A stretch of DNA of 63,049 nt, filler included. It is 8 parts of 8 records of this genome, joined end to end, with 100 filler letters (N's around TTAATTAATTAA, not from the genome) between each part and the next. Parts side by side here need not be neighbours in the genome. Positions count along the whole stretch, not along the records: positions 18,398 to 39,687 come from SRR31147125_14973; positions 39,788 to 45,401 come from SRR31147125_14993; 6 more parts are not named here. The stretch is one strand, 5' to 3'. The notes beneath the pieces are model-generated. The model had not been told where the DNA came from. It worked only from the letters and a program-made list of their open reading frames with translations, and did not search any database. Shown piece after piece: positions 29,476 to 40,066 of this stretch; the stretch's first letter is position 1, and every line of letters begins with the position of its first letter. The translations under genes were made by a program, and so were the position numbers.

Positions 29476-32211
29476 TTAAAATCTGACTGCAAATCCCGTC
29501 ATAACACGACGTGGCCGTTGATAGCGAGCCGGATTATCCGGCGGAACGTCACGCGGATCGTCATGCCAGGTAATTGGGATGACATCACCAGGTTCATATG
29601 GTCTACCTGTTGCAGGATTGATATAACGGGGAATTTTCGTATTGAATAAATTCTCTGCTTCAATAAAGAAAGACAGGTCAAGGCCGTAAACGCTAAAATC
29701 TTTAAAAAATTTAACATCTGTTCTCATCCACGCATCTGACAAACTACCATATTCTTCTGCTTCATAAATGTTATTAGCAACATCAACCAGTTGCGTATAT
29801 CTTTTTCCCGACTCAAACTCCCACCTGACTGTTAATCCCCATCTCTCCGGCATCCTTAATCCAAATAATCTGAAATTGGCTCCTTCCGGCATATCAAAAT
29901 AAATATCAGTAGAAAGTCGATAAGGTCTATCCCAGCTCAAGGCGCTCTCTGTCAGAGGTTTTTCATCAACTTTACCCGCAGCAACCAATAAATTTGTATT
30001 TGGCGTGGAGCTTTTGCCAGTAACAACAGCATAAGAAAAATCTACATTACCACTAAGATATTTTGAATACCGACGTCTGAATCTCACCTCAACACCACGA
30101 GAGCGGGCATAATCCATATTCACATACATGAGAAAACTGATATTACCAAATCGTGGGCTATATTTCTTTATTGAGGTTGAAGTAGGATAATCAAACATAT
30201 CCTTATAATAGGCTTTAACTTCTATGGTCTGGTTTGCATTAAAACGATGCTTTATTCCCAGTTCATAGGCAACTGTTGTTGTGGGATTTAAATTTGGATT
30301 TCCGAAAAGCTGATAGGTTGCTTCTGAAGTGGATTTTAATTTGGCATAGACATATTGCCCTTTTGGTTTTTGTGAAAAATGACCATAATGCATATAGAGA
30401 ACATCATTATCTGTCACCGGATGTGAAATACCTAAACGGGGACTCAGATGACCCTTTCCACGCATACCAAACAATTCATATGTATCTTCATAATACTGTT
30501 CACGCGCTGCATCGGTAATGGTTATGGTTTCCGGATCAGCAATCGCATCATCCACATACTTGCCCGGGAACCAGTAATCGTATCGTAATCCCAGGTTAAC
30601 GATCATACCATCATAGGTAATACGATCCTGAACAAAAAAGGACCCGTCATTAGGATGAACGCGGAACAAATCATGGTTACGTCCCAATCCGGTTTCGCCA
30701 TACCATGGGGCGTTAATATCAATAACCTGCATTTCAGTGTAGCGCGATTCCAATCCAGCTTTTATGGAATGTTTTTCAGTTGGCTGAGTTGTCAGAGTTG
30801 CTTTAAAGGTATAATTATCGCTATAATAATCATACCAGTTTTCAGCATCCCCTGAATCCCAAAAACCATCTCCAAATCTGGTTTGAATATTGCCATCATA
30901 ATCCGGAATATATGTAACAGGTTCCAGATCAAGTCTCTGTTCATATTCACTATAGTGTTTATTTTGAACAGCTGAATGCAGGCTGGAATAGAACCTGGAT
31001 AATGAAAGTTCGTAAAAAGTTCTTGAGCTGAGAGTATGTGTCCACTGAATATTGTTTAAAAAGGCTTCTTTTGTAAACGTATTATAGTTATCCAGCATCT
31101 TTTCATATTCATACTGATAACCGCGCTCGCCACTCACTCTGGAAAGGAAAAAACCTTGATTAATGTTTAGGGAACGATCATATGAAAAAACCAATTTCTG
31201 CCCTGGCTTAAATATCCAGGACAATTTACCCAGAATATGCCAATCATTTTCTTCCCGCAGTGCATATCTGTCATAACTCGACCTTGACGGGTAAAGCTTT
31301 GAAGCATGAGGCAAATAACTATCTGTTAAATGAGTATATCCACTTAAAAAGAATGCTATTTTCCCTGGTAAATCGATTCCCACAGAATTCATCATATAGG
31401 AGCTGATCGGCTCGGGGCCGCCCAGGTTAAACTGAACAATATCTGTGTTGAAATTGTTAATAATATCAGAGGTTAAATTATCTGTTTTGTATATAACAGA
31501 ACCAGAATAACTATCCTCACCCTCTTTGGTTTCAATATCAACAACACCTGACATGGCCTGACCATATTCTGCGTCAAAACCACCAGTAATTACTTTTAGT
31601 TCCTTAATGGCAGCGGCATTCACATAAAGGGTATTTGAATAACCGGAAAGAGGATCTTTTATTGCCTGCCCATCAATGACATACAAGCTCTCATCGGCAC
31701 GTCCACCTCTGATGTGAATCTTGTCATCTTGTACAACCACACCCAATTGTTCAGAAACCAGATCCGTTACATTTTCGACTACTTTTTGATCGATTTCATC
31801 TGAAGATAAGCGTTGTTGAGATGCGGTAATATCCGATTCAAACAGAGGCCTCTCACCGATTACCTGGACACTTTGCCCAAGAGCGAGAACCGTTGATTCC
31901 AACTCAAAATTAACTTCACTGGTTTTATCAATTGTCACTTTAATTCCGGTTTGCAGCTGGATCGTGTATCCGATCATCGAGGCTTTAAGATCATAATCTC
32001 CGGGGGCCAGCCCTTTGATGACATACTGGCCATCAGCATCCGTAGCAGCCCCTTTGTAGGTACCAGGTACAATAATATTCACACCTGGTAAAGCCTCACC
32101 GGATTCTTTGTCAATAACTCTTCCTTTTATTGTCGTATTTTGAGCCCATGCGGAACTCGTCATCACAATAAGCAAGAAAAGAAAAACGATTTTTCCTGAA
32201 ACTCTCATCAT
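29476..32211 (-). CDS. TonB-dependent receptor with N-terminal carboxypeptidase-regulatory-like domain
   Basis: IKGRVIDKESGEALPGVNI, plug IHIRGGR..E..Y.IDG, TGGFDAEYG.AMSGVV, SPRLGISHP, terminal F. Confidence 0.93.
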   Translation of the reverse strand: MMRVSGKIVFLFLLIVMTSSAWAQNTTIKGRVIDKESGEALPGVNIIVPGTYKGAATDADGQYVIKGLAPGDYDLKASMIGYTIQLQTGIKVTIDKTSEVNFELESTVLALGQSVQVIGERPLFESDITASQQRLSSDEIDQKVVENVTDLVSEQLGVVVQDDKIHIRGGRADESLYVIDGQAIKDPLSGYSNTLYVNAAAIKELKVITGGFDAEYGQAMSGVVDIETKEGEDSYSGSVIYKTDNLTSDIINNFNTDIVQFNLGGPEPISSYMMNSVGIDLPGKIAFFLSGYTHLTDSYLPHASKLYPSRSSYDRYALREENDWHILGKLSWIFKPGQKLVFSYDRSLNINQGFFLSRVSGERGYQYEYEKMLDNYNTFTKEAFLNNIQWTHTLSSRTFYELSLSRFYSSLHSAVQNKHYSEYEQRLDLEPVTYIPDYDGNIQTRFGDGFWDSGDAENWYDYYSDNYTFKATLTTQPTEKHSIKAGLESRYTEMQVIDINAPWYGETGLGRNHDLFRVHPNDGSFFVQDRITYDGMIVNLGLRYDYWFPGKYVDDAIADPETITITDAAREQYYEDTYELFGMRGKGHLSPRLGISHPVTDNDVLYMHYGHFSQKPKGQYVYAKLKSTSEATYQLFGNPNLNPTTTVAYELGIKHRFNANQTIEVKAYYKDMFDYPTSTSIKKYSPRFGNISFLMYVNMDYARSRGVEVRFRRRYSKYLSGNVDFSYAVVTGKSSTPNTNLLVAAGKVDEKPLTESALSWDRPYRLSTDIYFDMPEGANFRLFGLRMPERWGLTVRWEFESGKRYTQLVDVANNIYEAEEYGSLSDAWMRTDVKFFKDFSVYGLDLSFFIEAENLFNTKIPRYINPATGRPYEPGDVIPITWHDDPRDVPPDNPARYQRPRRVMTGFAVRF

Positions 32212-32216
32212 CTAAT

Positions 32217-33714
32217 TTATGATCCAAATTCATCAAATAAAATATATCTAAAAAGTTCTAACATGTTATTATTTCCGTTACAATAATGCAGAGGTAGCGA
32301 AAAGTAAATGGATTCTCCCTGTCCAATCTTATAGCGAACACCTACTGGAGGAGATCCCTGATAAGGTACAGAGACACTTGTGGTCGTGTCAGGTTCCATT
32401 CGATATACAACCTCTGCACCGCTTCCTGGTATCAATGCTGAAACCCGATTACCTACCAGTTTTTCCAGGTTAAGGTCGAGTGAAGCATCATTTCCATTAT
32501 TAAAGCTGGCCAGGACATTGATCCCGGGTAATAGCCGTCCGCCTGGATTTAACCTGTAAACAGAATCGATATTGGTAAAGGTCCACGTTGTATCCGGCAC
32601 TTCCTCATTACCATTTGTAATAAAGATATCACCGCCATTCTTTACAAAACGAGTGATACTCAGGCCAGCACCCGTTATATTCGGACGACCCAGATGCGCA
32701 AACCATACCACTTTTTTGAAATAAGCCAGGTTTGCTTCGACGTCTGTTGAAGAATAAGGCAACGTATTCTGAGCATTAATGGCTGGTGTCCGATCTGTTC
32801 CAATTTCCCATATCGAGTAGCCGTTTTCACCAACCAGCTGATCCAGTATTTCCTGGTAGAAACCCTGGACTTGATATAAATTCTGATCCTGGGCAAAATC
32901 ATTTACCAGGAGTATTTCACCCTGAACTGGCTTTACCTGCCAATGGTCCGGCACATCCGGATTATCAGGATCCGGAAAAGAGATGGTTGGACTCGTAGCA
33001 CCGGAAATATCCTGCGCCTTTACAAAAAATCGATGTGATCCCGGTTCAAGATCCCGCAATGTGACATGATCCGCATCTCCTGGCAGTTCAGACCAGTTAC
33101 TGGTATCGTCTAAGGTATAATAAATCGATATTATTGTTTCACGTCCATCATCATCGGCAGCATCCCACAAAAGTTCGGGTTGGAAAAGTATAACTGATCA
33201 CATTGGAATTTCCAACCGCTCGTGGATTACTTCCCAATCGGAAATCAATGGTTGGCGGCGTATTAAATACAGGGAATCGTAATATAGCTGCAGTGGGATC
33301 CCGATAACCCTGATCATCGACGGCCCACACCTGAAATGTAAACTCATCATATTCCGTGCGGATGGGAACATAAAATGTGTCAGACTCCTGGGTTGTGTAA
33401 ACCGTATCCGTTTGATAATCCCACTTGTAATAATACCCTACGACATCACCATCCGGATCATCGCCCCACCAGTGAATCACTTTTTTACTTGGCGTAATAG
33501 CCAAACCAGTGGCATTCGGCACAACCGAACCGGATCTAAGCGTATCATACTTTGTATCCTGATCCTGCTGAACCAGCAAAAAAAGATGTGTGTCAGGTGG
33601 CAAATTACCAACGGATTTCGATTCTTTATCATCTCCAAACGGGTCTTTAAGGCTGCATTGTACAAAAATCACCACGAGGAGAAAAGAGATTATGTAATAT
33701 AATTTTCTATTCAT
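32217..33714 (-). CDS. Lipoprotein with tandem Ig/FN3-like domains; probably one gene split by a frameshift near 33170
   Basis: Lipobox FVQC. The repeat N.PP.T...W...D.DG...Y...F.V.A.D occurs on both sides of the break (WWGDDPDG / WDAADDDG). Confidence 0.7.
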
Positions 33715-33728
33715 ATCCTAATAATAGT

Positions 33729-33764
33729 GCAGGCTGTCGATTAGAAAAAAGTCCGACAGCCTGC
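33729..33764 (-). terminator. Intra-operon stem-loop
   Basis: 11-bp stem gcaggctgtcg / cgacagcctgc; weak U-tract on the coding strand. Confidence 0.6.
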
Positions 33765-33779
33765 TCAATATCACTTTTT

Positions 33780-36437
33780 TTATTTAATGAGAGACATTTT
33801 CTTGGTGGCAATAAATTCACCAGCCTGAATCCGATAGAAATAAATACCGGTTGAAACTCGTTGACCGTAACCATCACGGCCATCCCAGTTCACGACATGA
33901 TATCCGGCATTATATCGTTCATCAACGATTGTTTTTACTTTTTGGCCATTCATGTTATAAACAGTCAATTTTACATTCTGTGTATTCGGTAACTCGAAAT
34001 ATATCCGTGTTTCAGGATTAAAAGGATTGGGATAATTCTGCTCCAAAGCGAAACTCAATGGTTGAGCAGAAACAGCATTCTTTACACCTGTTGCCACACC
34101 GATATCAGAGAGATCTCTGAGTTCAATCTTGTGAGTACCAAAACTGAATGTGTGAACACCTTGTACAAAGGATATCTGATCACCAACCTGCAATGTATCG
34201 CCTGCGATGACAAGAATAGAATTATCACCATCAAAGTAGAAATATGGATTAGGCTCATCATCATCCGCAACCCATGCATCTGCATCTAACAGACATTCTC
34301 CTGTTCCATCATCAATGGATATATCATAGTCATTAATTTTTGTAAAGGTAAAATCCTCAACTCTGACCAGAGTTCCTTCATACATTTCAGATGCCGCTGT
34401 GTTGGTGGCCAGTTCAGCTGTCGTGACAACTGTCGGAGAAGGAACATCATTACCGGAACTATTGACTTTAATACTGTCGGCAATAATCAGGGTATTGTTA
34501 TCCCATTTAAAATTCCAATCCGCCCAATACTCATCAACAACACCGTAAACAGTCACCTCCTCTCCGCGAGAAAGGGCCGGCAACACACCTGTTACATAAA
34601 CACCATTCCATGCGCCATCAGCGTCCTGGATAACATAAGCTTCATATTTATTGTAAAAACTGGTATCTACTGTAACAATTCCCGTCACCTGAACCGGATA
34701 GCCATGATACGGACTGTCGCCACGTTCCCATGGCGTATATTGGATATCCATAATAGCCAGATCACCATCTTTGATAGAGTAACAATAATTACTGCTACTC
34801 AAATCAGCAGGATCTGTTGTTGACTGGGCTTGTTCATCGATTGCCTCTATGTAATAACTTACAAAACTACCATCCGTCAATGCCGGGATCTCACCGGAAT
34901 AATTTCCATCACCCATATCGGTCATAACAACCTGGTTGTAATCACCATCATCGACTTTATAGTAAATGGAAACAGATGTCAAAGTTAAGTTTGTTTCAAC
35001 CTTTGTATTGATGATAACCGGATCCGCTGACGTTGGTGTCGCAATGACACGTTGCGTATTTTTAACGGCGGGTGGCCCGGCACCCCATACTATATCACTC
35101 TTGTATAATGGTACTAATTGGTAATCGCTGGAATCGGTATACGTACCATAGTGATGATAAACCCATCCACGAATAGACTCCGCAACAGTACCAAGTGGGG
35201 GAATTTCATAGTTGTCAAGACTATCTGAATCATCATCCACATATACTGTACCGGAACCATCATCAACTCCAAAAAGCATAAAGGGTTTATCTATATCTGT
35301 AACAGTTGCATTTCCTACCTTAACCATAACATTACCCCATTGTTCGGCTGTTACGGGTAACCGTAAATCACCTGTCGCAACGGAATCTGGCTCGGGTAAA
35401 GGTTGATCAATATTTAAAACATCAATGGGACTTGTAATCCAGAATTCGGTCATGTTACTCTGACTAGTTGTGTATTCACCAAGATATCCTGTCATCTCAA
35501 TTTCATCACCTTCAAACAGAGATGGATAAGCTGTTGAATCCGGATGATAAGAAAGGATCGCTGACCAGGGCCCTCCTTCAGGCTCAGAGAAAATGAATTT
35601 GATCCCATCACCAGCATAACTCAGGCCTGTCGGCATGGTGACAATACCTTTAACTGTTACGGTGTCACCATCCATGTAACTGGTATCACTAATATAGTCT
35701 TCAGGTGCTTTCAATAAATCACTTTGGCGTACCTGTTGTATTCTTTGTAACCTTGTATAAATACCAGCTTCGACAATATCATAGGCTAAACGAGGCCGAA
35801 TTTTTGTAGCACTGTAGGAATAATCAAGCAAACCTGTAATAGATTGTACCTGGGTGTAATTATTGGGATTGAAATAATAGTCGCCTTTATCGTCAATTAC
35901 GCATGCGCCGGAACCATCATTAACTTCCCATTCGCCATATCCTACATCAGGGTTGGAAATATCAAGATTTTCAACTTTAACCAGGCAGCCTTCATAAGCT
36001 TCTGCCATAGCTCCACCCGTTCCAATTTCACCAGTGGTTACCAGTATGGGCTCAATGCCACCGACGCCAGTCGAATCGATGGTGAAATCCGTCACATTTT
36101 TGATTTCTGTGAGGCCATTATATTCATCGACTGTTCCTGTTAAAGTCACCTGATCGCCTTGTGCTGCTTCATGATTTTTATCATAAACCATGACACCAGA
36201 CCAGGGTTCATTCGCATCCTGGACATAATAACTACCACCAAAGGCATAGGTTTCACCTGTAATGATACCGGTAATGGTAACAACCTGGCCTTTAAGAGGT
36301 GAATCGCCGGAAGCATCTTCCGTAAACTGGATATCTTTGATAGGTGTTGATTGGGCTGCTAACGGACTGGCCGAAAGAACGACACCCAACATTAGGATAG
36401 ACAAAAACAATTTTCTCAAGATAGAGCCTCCTTTCAT
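33780..36437 (-). CDS. Secreted protein with three YhcR/ExeM-like OB-fold modules, an Ig-like domain and a T9SS-type/FlgD-Ig C-terminal domain
   Basis: Three copies of I..IQ...DSP..G..V...GIVT...QD...W.G..V...GD.V...G...EY...T, each followed by E..EG.LV.V...DG.G; C-terminal LEQNYPNPFNP. Confidence 0.75.
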   Translation of the reverse strand: MKGGSILRKLFLSILMLGVVLSASPLAAQSTPIKDIQFTEDASGDSPLKGQVVTITGIITGETYAFGGSYYVQDANEPWSGVMVYDKNHEAAQGDQVTLTGTVDEYNGLTEIKNVTDFTIDSTGVGGIEPILVTTGEIGTGGAMAEAYEGCLVKVENLDISNPDVGYGEWEVNDGSGACVIDDKGDYYFNPNNYTQVQSITGLLDYSYSATKIRPRLAYDIVEAGIYTRLQRIQQVRQSDLLKAPEDYISDTSYMDGDTVTVKGIVTMPTGLSYAGDGIKFIFSEPEGGPWSAILSYHPDSTAYPSLFEGDEIEMTGYLGEYTTSQSNMTEFWITSPIDVLNIDQPLPEPDSVATGDLRLPVTAEQWGNVMVKVGNATVTDIDKPFMLFGVDDGSGTVYVDDDSDSLDNYEIPPLGTVAESIRGWVYHHYGTYTDSSDYQLVPLYKSDIVWGAGPPAVKNTQRVIATPTSADPVIINTKVETNLTLTSVSIYYKVDDGDYNQVVMTDMGDGNYSGEIPALTDGSFVSYYIEAIDEQAQSTTDPADLSSSNYCYSIKDGDLAIMDIQYTPWERGDSPYHGYPVQVTGIVTVDTSFYNKYEAYVIQDADGAWNGVYVTGVLPALSRGEEVTVYGVVDEYWADWNFKWDNNTLIIADSIKVNSSGNDVPSPTVVTTAELATNTAASEMYEGTLVRVEDFTFTKINDYDISIDDGTGECLLDADAWVADDDEPNPYFYFDGDNSILVIAGDTLQVGDQISFVQGVHTFSFGTHKIELRDLSDIGVATGVKNAVSAQPLSFALEQNYPNPFNPETRIYFELPNTQNVKLTVYNMNGQKVKTIVDERYNAGYHVVNWDGRDGYGQRVSTGIYFYRIQAGEFIATKKMSLIK

Positions 36438-36457
36438 ATCAATTGATGATGAACAAT

Positions 36458-38722
36458 TTATTTAATGACGACAAATTTTCCTGTTTGAATGTCGCCGGAA
36501 TCAAGATCTTCCACACTAAACAGGTAAAGACCTGTGGCAATAGCCTGGTCATGGGCGGATATTAAATCCCACGCATGCATACCACCAGACAAAACGGCAT
36601 TGCTGCCAATGGAGCCTTCAAAAATGAGCCGAACATCCTGCCCTGTATAATTTCCAGAATCATGCTCAAACTCGTCCACAATATCCCCGGCAAGGGTATA
36701 AATTCGGACTGTTGCGCGGGCGGGCAAATTAAAGAACCATAGCATTTTATCACGATCGCTGCGACCATCCCATAAAGCCTGTGCACGATAAGGATTTGGA
36801 AATACGCCCACTTTGAGATTTGAATCTGGTCTTCGTGGTCTGGATCCGGGTATAGCATATGTTTTATTTTCCAGAATAGAACTTTCCAGGCTGGGTAAAT
36901 TGTTATTTGGATTTCCCCGATCGAATGCTGTTACGGCAAACCAGTACTCGCCAGGCCATCCATTTAAAAGATTTTTATTTGTGTATCGGTAATAGTAGTG
37001 ATGATCATTGATAACGGTGTCGGCTCGAATTATATCAAAACCTGTATTATAGCCAATATCAAGACTATCAACATCAAATTCAGCGAGAAGGGTGCTTTCT
37101 CCCTCGCTGGAAGCGGTTTTTGGTGAGCTGTAAATCCGGTAACCTTCAAAATCACTCTCCCGGGTGATGGGATCTTCATAGTCCTCGCTTACTTTATCCC
37201 AATACAGAGTCACTTCTCCATCTCCGGGTACAACCAGCAGATTGGGAGAAGGTGGTGGACTGGGTAAAATATATCGGTCAATTATATTATTTTCACTCTG
37301 AATACCTTTGAAAGAATTTTCAAATACGTCCTCGGCAATATCCAAATTACCATCACCATCGCCGAAAACAGCTTCGCCGGGATCCCACTGACCATTCTGA
37401 TTCAAATCCGATTCTGTACGGTAATCATCTTCACCTTCATCTAAAATACCGTTGCCATTGACATCCTCATTAGGATCCAGTTTGCCATCTCCGTCAACAT
37501 CTTCACCATTATAGGCAATCTGTGCCCAATCTGAATTAAGCCTGAGATTGGCTCGACGGGCAGCAGAATCTACATTCTCTTTTGTACCCCACAAACCACA
37601 GACAACTGCGAAAACAAAATTCATGGACTCTCCCGGTTCCAGATCCCCGAGAGGGCCGGCCATTAAAATGAGCATCCAGCTTTGCTGATCTTCGGGATTT
37701 GATGGTATCCCGCCAGCATCTGAGGTATTGGCATACTTTCCAGTATGACGTCCTTTCATAACTTCATATCGGCCATTATCATCCAAAGGCATAATGTATT
37801 CAGGAAACTTGGCGTTTGAAGACGATACCCACATCCATTGATCATAATTTACATCAACCAGTTCCTGCGGTCCGGAAGAACCCAGGTATCTTATACCCAG
37901 ATAGCTTTCAGCAAATCCATCATCACCATCCACGTCGTATTGATAAGCCATTTTATAATCAATATCAAAGCCATTAAGGTTATCATACCAGCTCCATCCT
38001 CCGCCCGGTTCATAAATACTGGTATAATTCATATTACCAATCGACGCATCTGTCCATAAACCGGCGTATACATCGTAAATGGGATCGGAAGAAACATTTG
38101 TAACTGTGTAATTCAGGATAACAAAAGCATCTGTATAAGGAAAATTCCAGGCATAGGATTCCAGATGAACATTAAGTCCGAGAGGTACATGATTGGGAAT
38201 TTCAAAATCTGTACCCGGTACTCTTGTGTTAGCATCGGTAAAATCAGAAACAAAATCCTGATGAGAAACAGCAAAAGGATCAAAATAAGGGGATGTGACG
38301 ATTGATGATCGTATTTTCACCGTGTCACTCTGAGCAGCGGTATTGGTAAATTCAAATCCTTCTTCCCCGGCTTCAAAAACACCATCCACAATTGCTGTGG
38401 AAACGTGTACGCCACCATCCGGCCCACCACGACCGCCTATCCAAAGCCCACCATACGACATATGCTCGATCTGCATTCGGGCATTATCTGCCTGCAATTT
38501 ATACATACAGGATGGTTGATCTGGATTATTATAGCCCTCACCCAGCACACCATAATTTGTGACAGTCAAGCCAAGGTTACCAACGTCATGATAATGCCAG
38601 TAATCATCTGTTGTCGCTTTTTTTAAACCGTGTGATTGGTGATCTCTGTTGGGAACTTGTGCAAACAGCTGAAGGCAGAACAAATTGAAGATAAAAAGTA
38701 GAACCAGATTATAGAGTTTCAT
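36458..38722 (-). CDS. Large secreted protein with Ca-binding DxDGDG repeats, FN3-like domain and PNPY-type C-terminal domain
   Basis: Signal peptide from ATG 38722, HDVGNLGLTVTNYG, GEDVDGDGKLD repeats, P.PP.L...GDGEVTLYW, DFEGYRIY, VFPNPY...FFNLP...IYTLAG...WDL...GLY. Confidence 0.7.
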   Translation of the reverse strand: MKLYNLVLLFIFNLFCLQLFAQVPNRDHQSHGLKKATTDDYWHYHDVGNLGLTVTNYGVLGEGYNNPDQPSCMYKLQADNARMQIEHMSYGGLWIGGRGGPDGGVHVSTAIVDGVFEAGEEGFEFTNTAAQSDTVKIRSSIVTSPYFDPFAVSHQDFVSDFTDANTRVPGTDFEIPNHVPLGLNVHLESYAWNFPYTDAFVILNYTVTNVSSDPIYDVYAGLWTDASIGNMNYTSIYEPGGGWSWYDNLNGFDIDYKMAYQYDVDGDDGFAESYLGIRYLGSSGPQELVDVNYDQWMWVSSSNAKFPEYIMPLDDNGRYEVMKGRHTGKYANTSDAGGIPSNPEDQQSWMLILMAGPLGDLEPGESMNFVFAVVCGLWGTKENVDSAARRANLRLNSDWAQIAYNGEDVDGDGKLDPNEDVNGNGILDEGEDDYRTESDLNQNGQWDPGEAVFGDGDGNLDIAEDVFENSFKGIQSENNIIDRYILPSPPPSPNLLVVPGDGEVTLYWDKVSEDYEDPITRESDFEGYRIYSSPKTASSEGESTLLAEFDVDSLDIGYNTGFDIIRADTVINDHHYYYRYTNKNLLNGWPGEYWFAVTAFDRGNPNNNLPSLESSILENKTYAIPGSRPRRPDSNLKVGVFPNPYRAQALWDGRSDRDKMLWFFNLPARATVRIYTLAGDIVDEFEHDSGNYTGQDVRLIFEGSIGSNAVLSGGMHAWDLISAHDQAIATGLYLFSVEDLDSGDIQTGKFVVIK

Positions 38723-38970
38723 ATCATGTGAGGAAAATTTAAGTTGACGCGCAATATATTTTTGATTAGTAAGAACAAACTTTTTTATATACCCGATCAA
38801 ATCTAACAAAAAAACCAACGACTGTCAAGCTTTAAAAGAAAAAGCTGCAAAATTTCACGAAACTTCAATGCGGTGTGGAAGCATAAGACAATCAATAGGT
38901 TATCGGGGATAACAACATGAAGGAAAATGGAAGAAAATCACATTTCTCAACGAAATCCAATGGCACTTTT

Positions 38971-39687
38971 TCACTCATCCCGGCCATCTGTAAGAGTTGC
39001 CTGGACAGCCCGAACAATACTTTCGGCGACTAATTCACATGCGACACTTCCGATAAGGGTTGTTTCCGCCGTAACAGTGCCAACAGAAAGAGCAAAAACA
39101 ATATCTCCATCAAACATGGTATGAGCGGGTCTGATAACCCGTGCCAACCCATCCTGGGCCATCTGTGCTACTTTTGTGGCGGACTCGCGTGTCAGGGCTG
39201 CATTTGTAGCGACAACCGAAAGAGTTGTGTTCTGATTTTTGAAACCAGCCGATTCTGACATGTTTTTTAAAAGATCAAGAGAATCAAGAAAACTACAATC
39301 GGAAGGATTTCGAGGACCGGCAAGAGTGTTACCATTATGAGGATCAAACACTTCTCCGAGTGAGTTCACAACAGTCAGGACACCAACAATAGCACCATTT
39401 GGTAAAAATTCAGAACAGGTGCCAACACCTCCAAGAGAGGCATTTTCATGTCCGGCACATTTTCCAACAGTCGCACCACATCCAACTCCAATACATCCCT
39501 GTGTATTATCAGATTCCGAAGCAGCTTCACAGGCATGATACCCCATTTCTTTATCAGGCCGGATACTGGCATCGCCAACACCTAAATCAAAAATAACGGC
39601 GGTTGGAACGAGCGGTATCCGTGCAATCCCGGTATCATAACCGATATTTCGCTCCTCCAGAAATTGCTGTACGCCTCCAGCTGCATC
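38971..39687 (-). CDS. P1/S58 (DmpA-like) aminopeptidase, 5'-truncated
   Basis: The frame stays open to the contig end; PLVPTAVIFDL, G.VG.GATVGK, NTT cleavage motif, PAHTMFDGD. Confidence 0.9.
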   Translation of the reverse strand, partial: DAAGGVQQFLEERNIGYDTGIARIPLVPTAVIFDLGVGDASIRPDKEMGYHACEAASESDNTQGCIGVGCGATVGKCAGHENASLGGVGTCSEFLPNGAIVGVLTVVNSLGEVFDPHNGNTLAGPRNPSDCSFLDSLDLLKNMSESAGFKNQNTTLSVVATNAALTRESATKVAQMAQDGLARVIRPAHTMFDGDIVFALSVGTVTAETTLIGSVACELVAESIVRAVQATLTDGRDE

Positions 39688-39787
39688 NNNNNNNNNNNNN
39701 NNNNNNNNNNNNNNNNNNNNNNNNNNNNNNNTTAATTAATTAANNNNNNNNNNNNNNNNNNNNNNNNNNNNNNNNNNNNNNNNNNNN
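39688..39787. other. Artificial contig spacer
   Basis: N44-TTAATTAATTAA-N44. Confidence 0.99.
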
Positions 39788-39789
39788 CC

Positions 39790-40020
39790 GCTAAACCGTT
39801 TAATGATCCTAAACCTGCAAAATTTATCTCAAAACCTGATCAACTATTTATCTTAGATAATGATGACAAATTATTTAAACTTAAAAATGAAAAAGTTATC
39901 ATATCACTATTAAATGATAAAAAAGATGAGATAGCTAGTTATATCAAAAAGAATAAACTTAAAACAAGAAACACTAAGGATTTAATAAAAATAATATCTT
40001 ACTACAACCAGAATGATTAA
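39790..40020 (+). CDS. C-terminal fragment of a hypothetical protein
   Basis: Open frame from the contig start: AKPFNDPKPAKF...YIKKNKLK...DLIKIISYYN*. Confidence 0.55.
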   Translation, partial: AKPFNDPKPAKFISKPDQLFILDNDDKLFKLKNEKVIISLLNDKKDEIASYIKKNKLKTRNTKDLIKIISYYNQND

Positions 40021-40066
40021 ATAGAGCTAGGTCCCATAACCTACAACATTATATATCTTTGTTTTT

